A stretch of DNA of 62,642 nucleotides, counting the filler, from Sphacelaria rigidula (Eukaryota), in the NCBI GenBank assembly GCA_964200075.2. It is 6 parts of 6 records of this genome, joined end to end, with 100 filler letters (N's around TTAATTAATTAA, not from the genome) between each part and the next. Parts side by side here need not be neighbours in the genome. Positions count along the whole stretch, not along the records: positions 20,918 to 31,274 come from CAXNAA020006661.1; positions 31,375 to 41,730 come from CAXNAA020006662.1; 4 more parts are not named here. The stretch is one strand, 5' to 3'. Positions 21,783-34,300 of the stretch are shown in pieces. The notes beneath the pieces were generated by a model. It was not told where the DNA came from and did not search any database. It worked only from the letters and a program-made list of their open reading frames with translations. Position 1 is the stretch's first letter, and each line of letters starts with the position of its first letter. A program made the translations under genes and the position numbers.

Positions 21783-24700
21783 CTGATATTTGTTTGTTTA
21801 TTTTCGATGTTAAATCATTATATTGCAATGATCCGTTGGTTCCATAGGTTTCTTTTCTCTGTTCTCTGTTCTCTCTTTCTCCTTCTCTCTCTATATATAT
21901 CGCCATTTCTTTCCTCTCAGTGTTAATGCAGCAGCAGGCTCGGTGCCTTGCTTCCGTGGAGCTTGTGAGTGAGAGCTCATGCCCAAATGGCGTCGTCCGG
22001 AATAAGTGAGCCGTCATCTGCTCCCACGGTCTTCTCGTTTTGTCCTGTGCATGAGTGCACATGCTTCTTCGCGCACAGCCTTGTTTACCTTGAAGCCACG
22101 TAGCAGAAGCCAGCACTTTCCACGTGTTTTTCGCCTTTGATATAATTTCACTCTTTTTTCAGTATTCCTAGTTATTCTCCTTCCCCCTCCCTTCCCTTCC
22201 TGCTTGGGTTTGGATTTCGGTTCAGATTTGGTCTTGATTTTGTTTTGGTTAATTAGTTTGTTTTAGATTTGGTTCCGCAGCCTTTTCCGTTTCCTTATTT
22301 CATGTTGTCTACTTTCACCCCTTATTTTCCTTCAACGAACGTTTCCGTTTTGGATACCTCGGATATCCATCTGGTGCATCTTGTGACCACGGCTGGGTCC
22401 CTCTTGCGAACAATGATCAATGAAATAAATATGCGGCAATCAATCCATCAACCAATCAATCGAGCAATCAAATGCCCGCCCCCCGACCGCCACGCGACTG
22501 GGGATGGTTGTGTCGGGATAAGCGGACCCCAACCAGCAATCAAGCGACACAAGCACACGTACGGAGAGTGACATGACCTACAGGCGAGCCTGTGCTTTTG
22601 TTTCAGCGGTGATGCAGCACCGTTTAGGCAGTGGGCCATGACGACGGTGTTGACCTCCAGGCTAAACCCTGCAGTTGCTGAGTCTTGCCCCATACCGAGA
22701 CGCGAACCCAGCCCCGCAGCTGCATAAGTTTACCCGAAGTTGGGGCACTGTCACGGGAAATTCGTCGGTGGATATGACACGTGTGTGCGTACGTGCCAGC
22801 TTCGTGGGACTGGAGCTAGCGGCCGACGCGGGCTTAGACGGCTACACCATCCCCATGACACCAACACGCACGGCAAGAACCATGACGGAGGTGCCAAGGG
22901 AAATCGAAACAGAATAAGCTTGCGCTCTGGATAAGGAGGAACAGAACCAAAAGGCAGGCAGAACAACGAGCAAAGCGTGTTGATGGGATAGGGAGCCCGG
23001 AGTGGGTCGCGTAGAGGGGAGCTCAGCGCGTCGACCTACAACGTCTGTACGCTGTCCCTCACGGGAAAAAACGGGACACGCCATACTGAAGTTGTTTTGC
23101 AATAATGTCAAGCAGTGGGTTGTGGAGTCATCGGGCTGGAGAAGACGAGGAAACGGGGCCGAACTGAGTTCGGTGCCGCGTGATGTCATGTTTTCTTCGG
23201 GACAGAAGGGGGCAAGTGAAGGGCTGGCGAACATGGGGTTGGGTTGGCGGTCAAAGGGTCGATCATCCGTGAGGCTACGTGGACTCAGGCGCTCGTCAGC
23301 TAACGCCTGACGTCAATGGCATTGAACCTGGCAGGAAAATCGAACGCTGCCACGTTTTGTGGTTGCCTATGCCCCCTACCGACACATCAAAGTCAAGAAA
23401 AAAGGGATATATTTTGGAATGAGTTGGACAGCACTGTGAATCGGATTCCCACTAATCACCACCTGATCGTTTTAATACACGCTAACGCTATGACCAGGGT
23501 AAGAACAGGAGAGGAGCACTGTGAAATAGTTGGAGCATACAGTCGAGACTGGCAAGCCAACGACAGAAGCGGCACCTCTTTGCTACAGTTTGCGGATGAA
23601 TATAGGCTGGCCGTGGTCAACACGTTGTGTTTCACCCCCAAGGGAGGCACATCGTGTACGTTCAAGAGTTCTGCGAGTCGTCCCGCGGACAAAAAGCGCA
23701 TTGATTACATCCTCACACCGCAAGATCGCCGCAAGCTCGTCCGCAATGTCAGCGTCCACCTTCAACCACCCAGCTCGCAGGATTCTGACCACAACATCGT
23801 GTGCGCCTCAGCACGGCTCCTTCATCATTTCGCAAGCAACATGCCTCGGCGAACTCCCACTGGGTGAAAACCGACCAACAGTCGGGCAATAATATCTGGC
23901 GTCAATAGACGTGAGCGACCCACCCAGCTAATCGTTAGCGAGCTCAAGCAGGGTAGAAATGGCGATAAAGTCTGCGCATTGGTTGCGAACTTCGCCGATA
24001 CTCTCCTACGCTCCGCGGAGAAGGTGATGCCCCGTAAGACCCGAAAGTCACGTATGCTGGGGTGGTTTTCGGGTGCTGCCATTCAGATCGAGTTTTGAAC
24101 GGGCCTGGAAGGGGGGAGAAAGGGCGGGGTCGACGGTGTGAAATAGACCATCGAGAGATAACCCCGCATGTCGCACCTTGCGAGCAGTGAGCAAAAACCT
24201 CAAAGAGATGATCCAAGCTGGGGATGGACAAGCACCTGGATGTGTATCCTAAGAGCTTGGAGAAGTACATGAAAATTGGGGACATGAGAGGGTGGTACAC
24301 ATATCTGAAGGGGGGGTGAAGTATGACGGGACGAAACGTAGAGAGCGAGCAGGATATCCGAGACGAGGACGGCAGCCTACTGCGAGACGAAGATCCGATT
24401 TGTGAGAGATAGGACGATAAGTCTCCGCCTTGCTGAGTGCCATGTCGGTAACTATCGACTGAGCGGTCATTGAGAACAGTGCACAACGACCGGCAGAATT
24501 GTCACTTGCAGACCCATCAAGTCCTAGTGAAACTGAGGGAGGCTCTGAGAGCGCGACGGGTTCGGATAGTATACGTGCTGAATGCGTCAATCTTGAGTGG
24601 GCCGAGGAGTCTTCGCAGATCAAGTGGCAAGGTGCTGTCGGAGTTGAAAGACTCCACTATCAGAGTGCTACACAAGAAGAAGCGTAGAGCTGAGTGTGGT

Positions 24701-27700
24701 AGCTACATGGGCAGCTCCCTCTTGGCACATACTGGTAAGGTTCTCCTCGAAAGCGTTGCCAACAGGCTCGGTAGCTTCTTCGAGGAGGTGGAGATCTTCC
24801 GAAAGAACAGTGCGGATTCCGGCGCCAACGATCGACCACCGACACGATTGCTTGTGGTACGCCAAGTACAGAAGTTGGGACAGCGGAGCAATGTCCCACG
24901 AAACAGATGCTTCATCGGCCTGCAGGAGGCCCCGCGTTTGTGTATATCGTACGCTCCTGTGGGACATCCTTGCCCGGTTCGGAATCCCGCCGTGACTGAT
25001 CAAGGTTATCCGCACGTTTCACGATGACATGCGAGCTCGGATCAACTGGGTGACGGCGAACCATGAGAGTGATTTCAAACCTGCTAGGAACTCAGGCAAG
25101 GATGCACTGCATCCCCACTTTGTTCAACCTCGTCGGCGCAGCCTTGATCGACGTGATCTTACGTCGGTTCGCGGCAGACCTAGCTATCGTCTCAGACGTG
25201 GTATATCGAGATGATCCAGACGTGGTATATCTAGATGACGAGTCGAGGGGTGAGGACGGTGAACCCCTGGGAAAGACGCCGCTGGAGAAGGTACGGCGCT
25301 GTGGGGAGTGGTGTATGAGGATGACGCCAGTATAGTCGTGAGATCCCCAGATGGGATTGCTAGAATGGTGGCCGTGGTAGTGGTGACCTGTCACGAGTTC
25401 GGCTCGAAGGTATTCAAGAGAAGGATAGAGTCCATGTGCCTGTGATCAGTATCCAGTTACGCAGAGACCGCCCCGTACATCAGGGCGGCAGGGCCACGGT
25501 ATAAGCAGACCGCAGAATTTTCTTACTGTACCTTGGTGTTGCCGTCAGCACGAATGTCAATATCTCGACCGAAATCATCCGCCGCATGAGCACTGCGTGG
25601 GCACGCCTCCGGAAGTATAGTTCCCAACTCTACAATTGGCCCAACGCCGAGGTACCTCGAGAAATCTGGTTGCTCAAAGCGGCAGTGTTGGAGACTATAT
25701 TGTACGGATATACTACATGAAAGCTGCGTCCCGAGGGAAGAACGAACTGGCTACAAGATTTTTTTGTAGAGACACGTGCTCGAAATGACCAACTGCGAAT
25801 GTGTCGAGACAATAATTCACAAGCGTCAACTCTGGTTCGCGGGGGGCCTTGTCCGTCAGGACAAAACACGTCTTGCGAAACGCATCATCCTTGGACGGTT
25901 AGCCACAAGAGGGCACGAGGAGGCTGATCAATCCCCCGAACACGGAGGGCACCGCCTCCAGGAGAACCTACTTGCACTACAGGCTCTTCCACACGAAGGA
26001 GCATGACGGAAATGGTTCGTTTATGGTGTGTAGGTCGCGGACGAATGCGATTGGAGCACTGCGGCAAAGAACATGGGCGAATTGTATCTTGGAGTCGAAA
26101 AGGGGCGAAGGAGTTTGAGGACACGTGGGGGCGCGAGATCGCTGAACCCACCCGTACCGTGCTACTCATGTTACAGTTTGTCCTTTTCTCCAAGATCGCT
26201 GTACCCACCCGTATTGTAGCACTCATATTACCAGCAAAGGCTCGAGGAGAGAGCGTGTTCCAAGCACATCCCAATAATGCTAGAGAGCATGGCTCCCCGT
26301 GTGTGCGCTGCATGCCGGAACGGCAAACATGCATATATCAAATAGTTAAAAGTTTTCAATATCTACATATGTACAGTATATATACACACACATCTCCCTC
26401 TCCTTCTCTGTTTTTTTTCTTCCGATGTATGCGAGTCGCCATTTGGTGCCTCGCTTCCGCAGGGTTCATGAGTTAGAGCTCATACCCAAAATTGGATTGA
26501 TTGATTGAGTGAGTGAGTGAGTGATCGATTGAGTGGGTGATTGAGTGAGTGAGTGTGGGTGATTGAGCGATTGAGTGATTGAGTGATTCATTGATTGCCG
26601 CACCTTCACTGGTCCCCCAGGGATCCGTGGTCACATGAGGGGTGTGCCAGGCGTAAAAAACAACACGGATGCACTCGCTGAAGAAAAGTAAATACAATAA
26701 AATATATGTAACAGATAGACAGAGCACAAGAGGAGGAAAACAAAGTAAAGTGCAGAAAGGCCGAAATAGCTGTGCTGCAATATATTCCCGCGATCATCTT
26801 GTTTCGTTCGGGTATGAGTGATGAGTGCGTGTGCTTTTACGCAAGATCTTTGCCGCCTGAAGCTGTGTTGGAGAGGCCGGCCATTCCTAGTGCTTATTTT
26901 GTCTCCACTCTTTTGTTTGATAGACCGGTTGGTATGAGGGGGGGGTTATTTTCTTGTCAATCTACGCTGTCTGCTCCACCTTTCTGCTTCCTTCACTTTT
27001 TCTTCAGCGAGTGTTTCCGTTTTGTTTATCTTGAGTACGAACGTCCAACTTGTGGATAATGACCACGACTGGATCATGACTACCTCGTGCATCAGTCAAT
27101 GTGCAACAATCGATTGAACCAATCAAGCATGTAAAGATATTTATTTTCTGTTTTTCCTGTTCTTTCTTTTCTTCAGCGAGTCTTTCAGTTTTGCTTTTGT
27201 TGGGAACGTCTGTCATGCGACCACAGCTGGACCCCTGGGGGGTCAGTTGAAGTGCGACAATCAATCAACAATCAAAAGGTATGACGCCGCGCCCCGGTGA
27301 TGTAAATTAAAATGGTCCGAGTGTCAACATTACGGAGGAGAGAACCTGGGTTCGATTCTCGATGCGTTGGGTTTTTTCTTCGACGTATCTGATTTCCACC
27401 GTCGAAAGCACGAATACTTGAGCGAGACAGTTGACTGAGTTTGCTTTGGCGAGAGTTGGCACGGTGCGGGAGTCCCGATTCAATCCGCGAGACCAAATGC
27501 AAGGCATGTACCGGGGGTGAGGTGGATTGATCCCTTGACACCCCGGAGTCGCCCCTAGGAAGGGGAGGGAATAGAAGTGCGACAGAAGGGGGAAAAGAAA
27601 AGGGCGTATTGCTAGACGAAGCTTCCGTTACATACGGGTAAAAACACTTCTGTCCTCGGAAGAGACCCCAGAAAAACAGCGACTCTCGGTTTGATGGAAG

Positions 27701-30700
27701 ATACAAATCACTGTACCTACATGGTACAGGGTGTGGAAACGCAGCCACGAGTCGCTCTCGATCGGGGTCCCCGCGACCCGCGACAAGCGACGGTGAGGAC
27801 TGACCCACCGCGACGCCGCGATCGATTCAGAGGTCAAAAGGCAACAACAAATGAAACGGTAACGAAAGTTTCCACTGAGACATGACGGGATGGCTCTCCA
27901 GAAAAGAAACCATCACAACGCCAATCTCGTGTTGATTCTTTCGAGCTGTTCATGCGTAGTATTTTCCTCCCATAACCTACCGCCACATTAGATTGAAACA
28001 TACAAGTGCGCCCGCGCGCTTGAAGTACACACATACACACACCCACTTCTTGTGAACATAGGTAGTTTCCGTTTCCCACAGGTCGACTCTTCTGACATTA
28101 GACTCGGGGAGGGGGGATCCGAAGCCTATTTGAAATAAATCAACAAATGTGAGATTGCAATAAATACAAGACAAAAAAGAGTGACGTTCGGCGGGTGCTG
28201 TCGGGTCGACAAGGACAATAGGTTACAGGGAATACCGTTTCCACCAGAAAAAACTGTTCCTCGTGCTTTTGGTTCGTCCGGCACTCGCTGAATACTCCGT
28301 TGTTCAGGTTAAATCCACAGCGAATGCTGGCGGAACGAGAAGCTCTCCTCTCCCCGTACACTACTGTACACGCCATACTTCTCGGTACAGTACCGCAGAG
28401 AGGATCAGCACTACAGCATCGCATCGCATCGACTCTCGTCAAGGAAATGTCCCACGCTACTCCCGTTACAACGTTTCCAACCACATAAATCATATCCTTC
28501 TCAGAACGAAAGAAAATAACATATCAGCCGGGAATCGAACCCGCGATCCTCCGCTCCTGATTATTTCAGTTGTACTACAGTATTTGAATATAGATCACCG
28601 GGGGCGTGGCACCAGTATGTCGAGCAAGAAGAGACTCGAGCTCGGAATGCAGCCACGAGAAAAAATACAAGAGGCAATAAGGAGGACGTTGAAGAGAGTA
28701 AAGTCGAGAAGAAACACGAAACGAAGCACTTGAAGAAAAAAAAAAGGAAATGTTTCCGGGCTGATGCTCAACCAGGTGGTGGTCAATACACTCCGGAGTA
28801 CATGCCTTTCCCAAGAGTTGTTTTCCAAGTAGCACTTCGCCTCCCACCCACCCCCAGAATATTTTCATGAGATTTCAGTTTCTCAGGTATAATTACTAAG
28901 ATCCTGACAGCTGAGTGTTTCGCTTCTCATGCAAAAAGGACTCTGGTCTCAGTTTGCCCTCAGCCCCGTGACCGACGACTTCCCTCGTCTGGGGACAGTT
29001 CTCGGCACACCGCCGTGATCAGTTTAATTGAAGTAATTTTGCGAAGGTATTTTCCCAAAATATTCATCTGAGTCAAGATCTTGGCCCTTCTCCAAGCTGA
29101 AACGACTTCTGGTTCTGCAAATAGTATCATTTTGCGTTATGATGTACTCTAGACAACATAAGAAATTGTATTCCAGTCATCCTACGTACGGCGGGGGGGG
29201 GGTATTTTTTGGCCATTTCTTGGGCGAAAATTCCAATTCAAATCGTTGCTGAAAGCAGCAACGTTTCTTCGATCGCGCTTGCTCCCAATGATACATACTT
29301 TTCCACACTGCCCAACATCATTTCCAGCCGTATACAAACGCACCGCGAGTGTATCAGGTCGTCTGACACACCTATGAGTCTCTCCTTTTCATGGAGTAAG
29401 ATGCCTCTCCACGGGGATGCGTGGTCAATGTTCAAACGACCAAGGCAAGCAACAAATGAGCACGCCCCCCGCACCCCCCCTTTCTTCGCGCTTGGTGATT
29501 GATTGCGAGTGTGGTCTAGCGAAAACCCGGCGTCCTCCGCCCCAGCTTTGCAGGTACGCGAGGTCAATGGTCGTATGACTACGGGATGCAAGATCATGTG
29601 TACACCCCCGTATGGTAAGATAACTCACTTCTGCTCTCACGTAGCATTTCTCAGACTATATCTGATTCACTAGACAGTGTCAGAAACCCGGTGGCTGTCA
29701 CACAACACGCGTGAAAAACCTCCACACGCATGGAGTACTGTAGCATCCATTTTTTCCGCGTTTTGCTCACTTAAGTAACGCATCAACAAACCCTACTCGT
29801 TTCCTACACATGACTGTAAATCACCGTGGCAAACACCTACAGCATTCCTGGAACAACTGGAAAGAGAGAAGTCCGAAAATATCAGCCGGTGCTGAGTAAG
29901 CCGAAACCATAGCACAGACCGTTCCGGAGCATGTTCTGGAAGTACGCGCTTGCGCCGGTATGTCAAGTGTTATGTTGTCTTCTGTTGTCCTCTGCTCTCT
30001 TCTGCCCTACGTCAGAGCAACTCGTGACGCTGAGGAAACAAAAACGGGTTCCTATTGCCCGCCTCATTGAAGAGGTATATCAAAGCTACGTGGATGAAAG
30101 AATATATATATATCGTATATATATAGAATATTTCGGACTCACGAGCGTGCAGCATAGTTTGTAACGAGGCGTCCACGAGATTCAATGCTGATTTTAGTGT
30201 GCAAGTTTCTCCGCACCCGCCCCGGGAGATGACTGTTCGGGCCATTGCCAATGCTAGGGGCCCCGTTAGCGGATTCATGCTTTACCTTGTGCGGGGGTAC
30301 ACATGCGTTCGCGACCGTTTGAGTGGACGCGCGATCGCGGTGGTCCTGCAATGTTTCCGGCGGGCATGGACATTCCGAGAGATGATCTATTCTCACGAGG
30401 GCTTGGCAAGGCAAGAATACCGAGACCCTCGAAAAAGACGGACGGGACCGGGGCGCAGCCCCGGGTCCCGTGCGGCTTGTATACATATTTTTTTTCCGCC
30501 AAAGAATGTCTTCTCTCAAGTTCTTATAGTAACCAATCAATTGATTCATTCAAGAAAAACTACAAAAACGTACACAGCATCAATCACCCCATTACATCGG
30601 TCACCTAATGAGCACCCCGCCCAACGCAGGGTACCTACTTCCAACGATACACTCACGTGACCTCCCGCGTCGCACGGCAAGCGGCTGTCGATAAACACGT

Positions 30701-30839
30701 TCGTCCATCGGGCTTCCTTAAAGAGTCGGATGCAGTATCGCCCTTTCTCTTCCTGTCTCGTGGGTCTAAACAGCGACCGCAGTAGATGAGGGCGACCGGT
30801 CAGGATGGCCATCGCCGATAGGAGCCACTGATCCGCGAT
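21682..30839 (-). CDS. Partial gene: calpain-family (Peptidase C2/CysPc) protein, two consecutive exons across an 8874-bp intron; catalytic Cys replaced by Gln
   Basis: Exon 30839-30657 joins exon 21782-21682 in phase 0: IADQWLLSAMAILTGRPHLLRSLFRPTRQEEKGRYCIRLFKEARWTNVFIDSRLPCDAGGH|VLFGRGEERHELWTSLLEKAFAKAHGSYENIMHG. This follows the calpain motifs GDCWxLSA, GxYxxRL, WxxVxIDDxLP and ELWxxLLEKAYAKxHGSY. Confidence 0.9.
23030..23867 (+). pseudogene. LINE apurinic-like endonuclease domain remnant
   Basis: Motifs NVxTL, IDYIL, SDH. Confidence 0.85.
24560..25720 (+). pseudogene. LINE reverse transcriptase domain remnant
   Basis: Non-LTR RT motifs in shifting frames; catalytic YADD mutated. Confidence 0.85.
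26492..26700 (-). repeat. LINE/SINE 3'-tail family with (TCAA/TCAC)n tail; other copies 13370-13432(-), 16375-16443(+), 22378-22471(+), 26990-27127(+), 27165-27276(+), 31118-31260(-)
   Basis: Core CATGTGACCACGG(CTGG)ATCCCTGGGGG..CAGT.AA.GTGCG.CAATCAAT; several copies are preceded by TTTTCTTCA(G)CGA(A)G. Confidence 0.85.
27281..27605 (+). mobile_element. tRNA-derived SINE, family B
   Basis: Head GCCGCGCCCCGGTGAT (also at 17330-17351 minus and 28594-28610 minus), B box GGGTTCGATTCT (27348-27359); body GG.TTGATCCCTTGA.A.C.CGG...AGGAAGGGGAGGG recurs at about 20448-20520(+), 21285-21320(-) and 40635-40680(-). Confidence 0.7.
28520..28612 (-). mobile_element. SINE family B-like tRNA head
   Basis: Reverse complement GCCACGCCCCCGGTGATCTATA...GCGGGTTCGATTCCCGGC followed by a T-rich stretch. 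Confidence 0.6.
30657..30839 (-). CDS. Calpain-like exon 1 (183 bp)
   Basis: ACACAG|ATCGCG...GGTCAC|GTGAGT; 61 codons with no stop. Confidence 0.9.
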
Positions 30840-31274
30840 CTGTGTTTCGGGTCAAAGAAGGTCTGGTTGCTGTCAGGATGCTCGGTAGTGGCATGAGAAA
30901 AGCGCGGATACGGAGCGGGGAGAGGGGGCGGGGGGGAATTACACATGAATTTACATGCCGTAGTCGTGGGATCACTGACATCCCTACAAAGATAAGACGG
31001 AGCACGCCGGGTTTTCGCTGGACCAGAGGACGGAGGTGGGGGGGGGGGGGGGGGGGCGGCGAGGCAGGCGGGGACGCTCGGACGAATGGAGGCCAGCCGA
31101 GGTATTCCTCAACTAATGATTCATTCGCTGATCGATTGATTGATCGATTGATCGTTTGTCGCACATTGACGGACCCTGGAAGGACCCAGCCAGGGTCATT
31201 ATCCACAAGATAGTTGTACCCAAGGTACCCAAAAACCGAAACGCTTCGTGAAGAAAAATAATTGTAAAATAAAC

Positions 31275-31374
31275 NNNNNNNNNNNNNNNNNNNNNNNNNN
31301 NNNNNNNNNNNNNNNNNNTTAATTAATTAANNNNNNNNNNNNNNNNNNNNNNNNNNNNNNNNNNNNNNNNNNNN
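31275..31374. other. Artificial contig linker 3
   Basis: 44 N + TTAATTAATTAA + 44 N. Confidence 0.99.
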
Positions 31375-34300
31375 GACGTCTGCGTCAGTATTTGTATGAC
31401 ATCCCGTTTTTGATTTATACCGATCACAAGTCTTTGGAAAGCCTTGCCAAAATGGCGGAACACAACGCTAGGGTCCAACGCTGGTTCGAAATCCTGTCGT
31501 CTTACAACTTTCAACTGAAGTACCGCACAGGTCCCCAGAATGCAAACGCCGACTTCCTGTCACGCTTGCCCCCACCAGCTCAACCTATCGATGAATCCGC
31601 CATGGGACGTATCACTGATCCCACCGAAGACATTGTATATTTCATTAGCAGGAATGGACATAAAGGTCTCTACATACCACTTTCACTGAGAGAAACGCCG
31701 GCTTTAGGCATGGGTGGGCTGACGACCACAGCCCACGCATCAGTTCTCGGCAGCTTGCAACCTCAATCGTTGTACTCAGTTTGGAATGGACTGTCTACGA
31801 ATACTGTTGGCTATGATTATTTTCGTGCAACTGGCCAGCGTATGGTTTTCGCAGCAGGTGTAGAACCGTCCTTTGCTGACTCCGTCTTACCAGTTCAAGT
31901 TCGAGATTTGATTTCGAGTAGGACTCGTGGACGGCGGACCGCCGAAACGGCCACCAAATTAGCCGTATCCGGTCCTGACCTTCCCCTCCTGCCCCCACCC
32001 CGGTCGCCGATAGGTTCCTTGCGCCTCTGCAGCCTCCGCGACGCAAGGCCCCCAGAAAATCGACCCCGACCGTGCCGCCCCTGCCAACCATAGCCGAAAC
32101 CACGGCTGTGTCCATCTCCCTTGGCGATGATATTGTAAACACCACCACAACACCCTCCACTCTAATCGACGCAGGAGTAGACGTTAACGTTCCGTCTGAG
32201 AGTACACCAACTCGTAGGCTCACCCTTGATTCCGAAATCCCCGCTTTGTGCCAACCCCGCCCCGAACCAACCCCACACGAAGTCGACGCTTCAACAGATG
32301 GTGTATTCAAGGAACGTTTGACTCTCTTCTCCCACGCCGATTGGGCCCGGGAACAACAGGCAGAACTTGCTTGTAAATCAGCTATGCATTATCTATCTAA
32401 AGATTGTCCATGTCCATTATCAGAAACCGAATTCTTTTTGCCGGTCGGGAATCTCAAAGCGCCCACACAGGATGAAGTTACTGAACTTTCCAGGAAAGGT
32501 ATGCTACATACGGATGATGATGGTATAGTTCTCTTAGTTCGCCGGCCCACAGCAGCCCTCCCCAGGGGGAAGCCTACAAGTCGACATACCCGCTTGCTAG
32601 GTGATGAACCCATCCGCATCCATGTCCCGATGCTCCTGCGCCATTGGTTCCACACGAATGCCATTCACAGGCATCGACTCATTTAGGCACCATTAGGACC
32701 TCCCAGATGTTGGAACGTTTTTATTGGTGGATTTGTATGGATCAGTGTTGTCGTTGGTGGGTGAGGCGTTGTCTTTTGTGTCAGGCGCGAAAACCTTCTC
32801 GTCAAACAGTTCGTTGGCCGATTGATTCCATGCCACTCCCAAACGGGCCTGGTGAAGTATTTCCGTGAGACTATTTTGGCCCTTTGCCCCTGACGGATAT
32901 TGGAGATAAGTATATTTTGTTGTTTACGGATAGATTTATTCGACATGCGGTGATGCACGCCGTCCCCCCCAGTAGTTATACGGCGGAAGCTACCGCCAAC
33001 ATTCTTGTCTACATGCACATCCCACTGTGGGGTGTGCCCAAACGCTTACTGTCTGACACGGCCCGCATTTTTCAGGCGAACTTTCAGCCGCCGTCAGCGA
33101 CCTTTTGGGTGTCCATCGCATTTTTACTAGTTCATATCACCCTTCCACTAATGATGGAACGGAACGAGCGAACCATACGATGGCACAGATGCTTGCTGCT
33201 GTAGCAAATGAGAGACAGATGGAGTGGGATCTGCGCCCGCCCCTTGTCCAAATGAACTACAAAAATTCGGTCAATGCCGCTACGAGATTGTCGCCAAATG
33301 AAAGTCATCTTGGACGCATGCCTCGGCTACCTTTAACGGTATTCGAACGCAAAAATACAGGTGGACATCAGAGTCTGGATCGTGATGTTGCAGAGTATCA
33401 TTTGTTGGTTAGCAATCGTCTTCGTCTTGCACATGAAGTAGTACGAGAACAGAACCAAATCAATTTGGCCAAGGTAGCCAGGGCGAACTCGATGTTGGAT
33501 GATGTGGTGCATAACCGCCCGGTGTGGAAGATGGGCCAATGGGCATGGGTGTATAACGATGTGAAGACCATCAATCAAGGGGCTAGCTCGAAATCATCAT
33601 CTTTGGACAAAGTGTTGAAGGCGAAACTATCCTCGAATTGGACTGGTCCTTGGGAAATTTTAGCTGCTGGTCCAAGCGCTACCGCGCCCGACAAGAGTCC
33701 GGTGGGAGCGAAGCTTTTGTATTTAGATTTTCCCACGGATGAACCTGGTTTAAAACCGAAAAATCGCGTCTCGATGCTACGATGCAAACCATGTATCCCC
33801 CCTCATGACTCCTCTGACATGCCCAAACAACTGCCGATAGGGCGTAGCCAGTATGTGTTGACCAAGTATGCGATCAAACCTCCGCCGTATTATATGACGG
33901 TCGAGGATGCGGACGCATCCCTGGAACGCGTCGAGGTAGATAGGATTTCGGGTCTTCAACTTGTTCGCGGTCGTGGAGGTAAGATAGCGGTAATGTATCA
34001 AACACATTGGAAGGGTATCATGCGTGTTACATGGGAGCGTGAAGTTGATTTGCGTCGTTTTCGTCGGGAAATATTACTGTACTGGGTGGGAGATACCGTC
34101 CAACACCGCCGGTTGAATAAGAGATATCGGTCGATGCGCGAGGGAGCTGCCGCTCGGGAACTGGCACGTGAACACTCAGCCCGGTTTGTTGTGACAGGCT
34201 ATAGCTTGCTTTCGCGTTCACAATACATCCAGTGCTTTCACGGAAAACGATTGCCGAAAGGGGCGTATTTTATGGTATAAGGCCTTGGATTCACTGTGGT

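Larger units (their letters stand above)
22480..27127 (+). mobile_element. Degenerate near-full-length RTE-type LINE (APE endonuclease + RT) inside the calpain intron, antisense; outer boundaries approximate
   Basis: APE: TYNVCTL...GLEKTR (about 23030-23150), then IVLIHANA...IDYILT...SDHNIV (23316-23830). RT: KDSTIRVLHKKK..ECGSYMGSSLLAHTGKVL, FIGLQEA (for FIDLQKA), LRQGC/PTLFN, YEDD (for YADD) near 25314. Many stops and frameshifts. Candidate 3' UTR with TCAA-type tail at about 26790-27127. Confidence 0.85.

Noticed and set aside
27718..30345. Minus-strand exon candidates at about 27718-27800, 28049-28127 and 30286-30345
   Set aside because: Plausible splice dinucleotides but no recognisable protein, and the two calpain exons already join without a gap across them.
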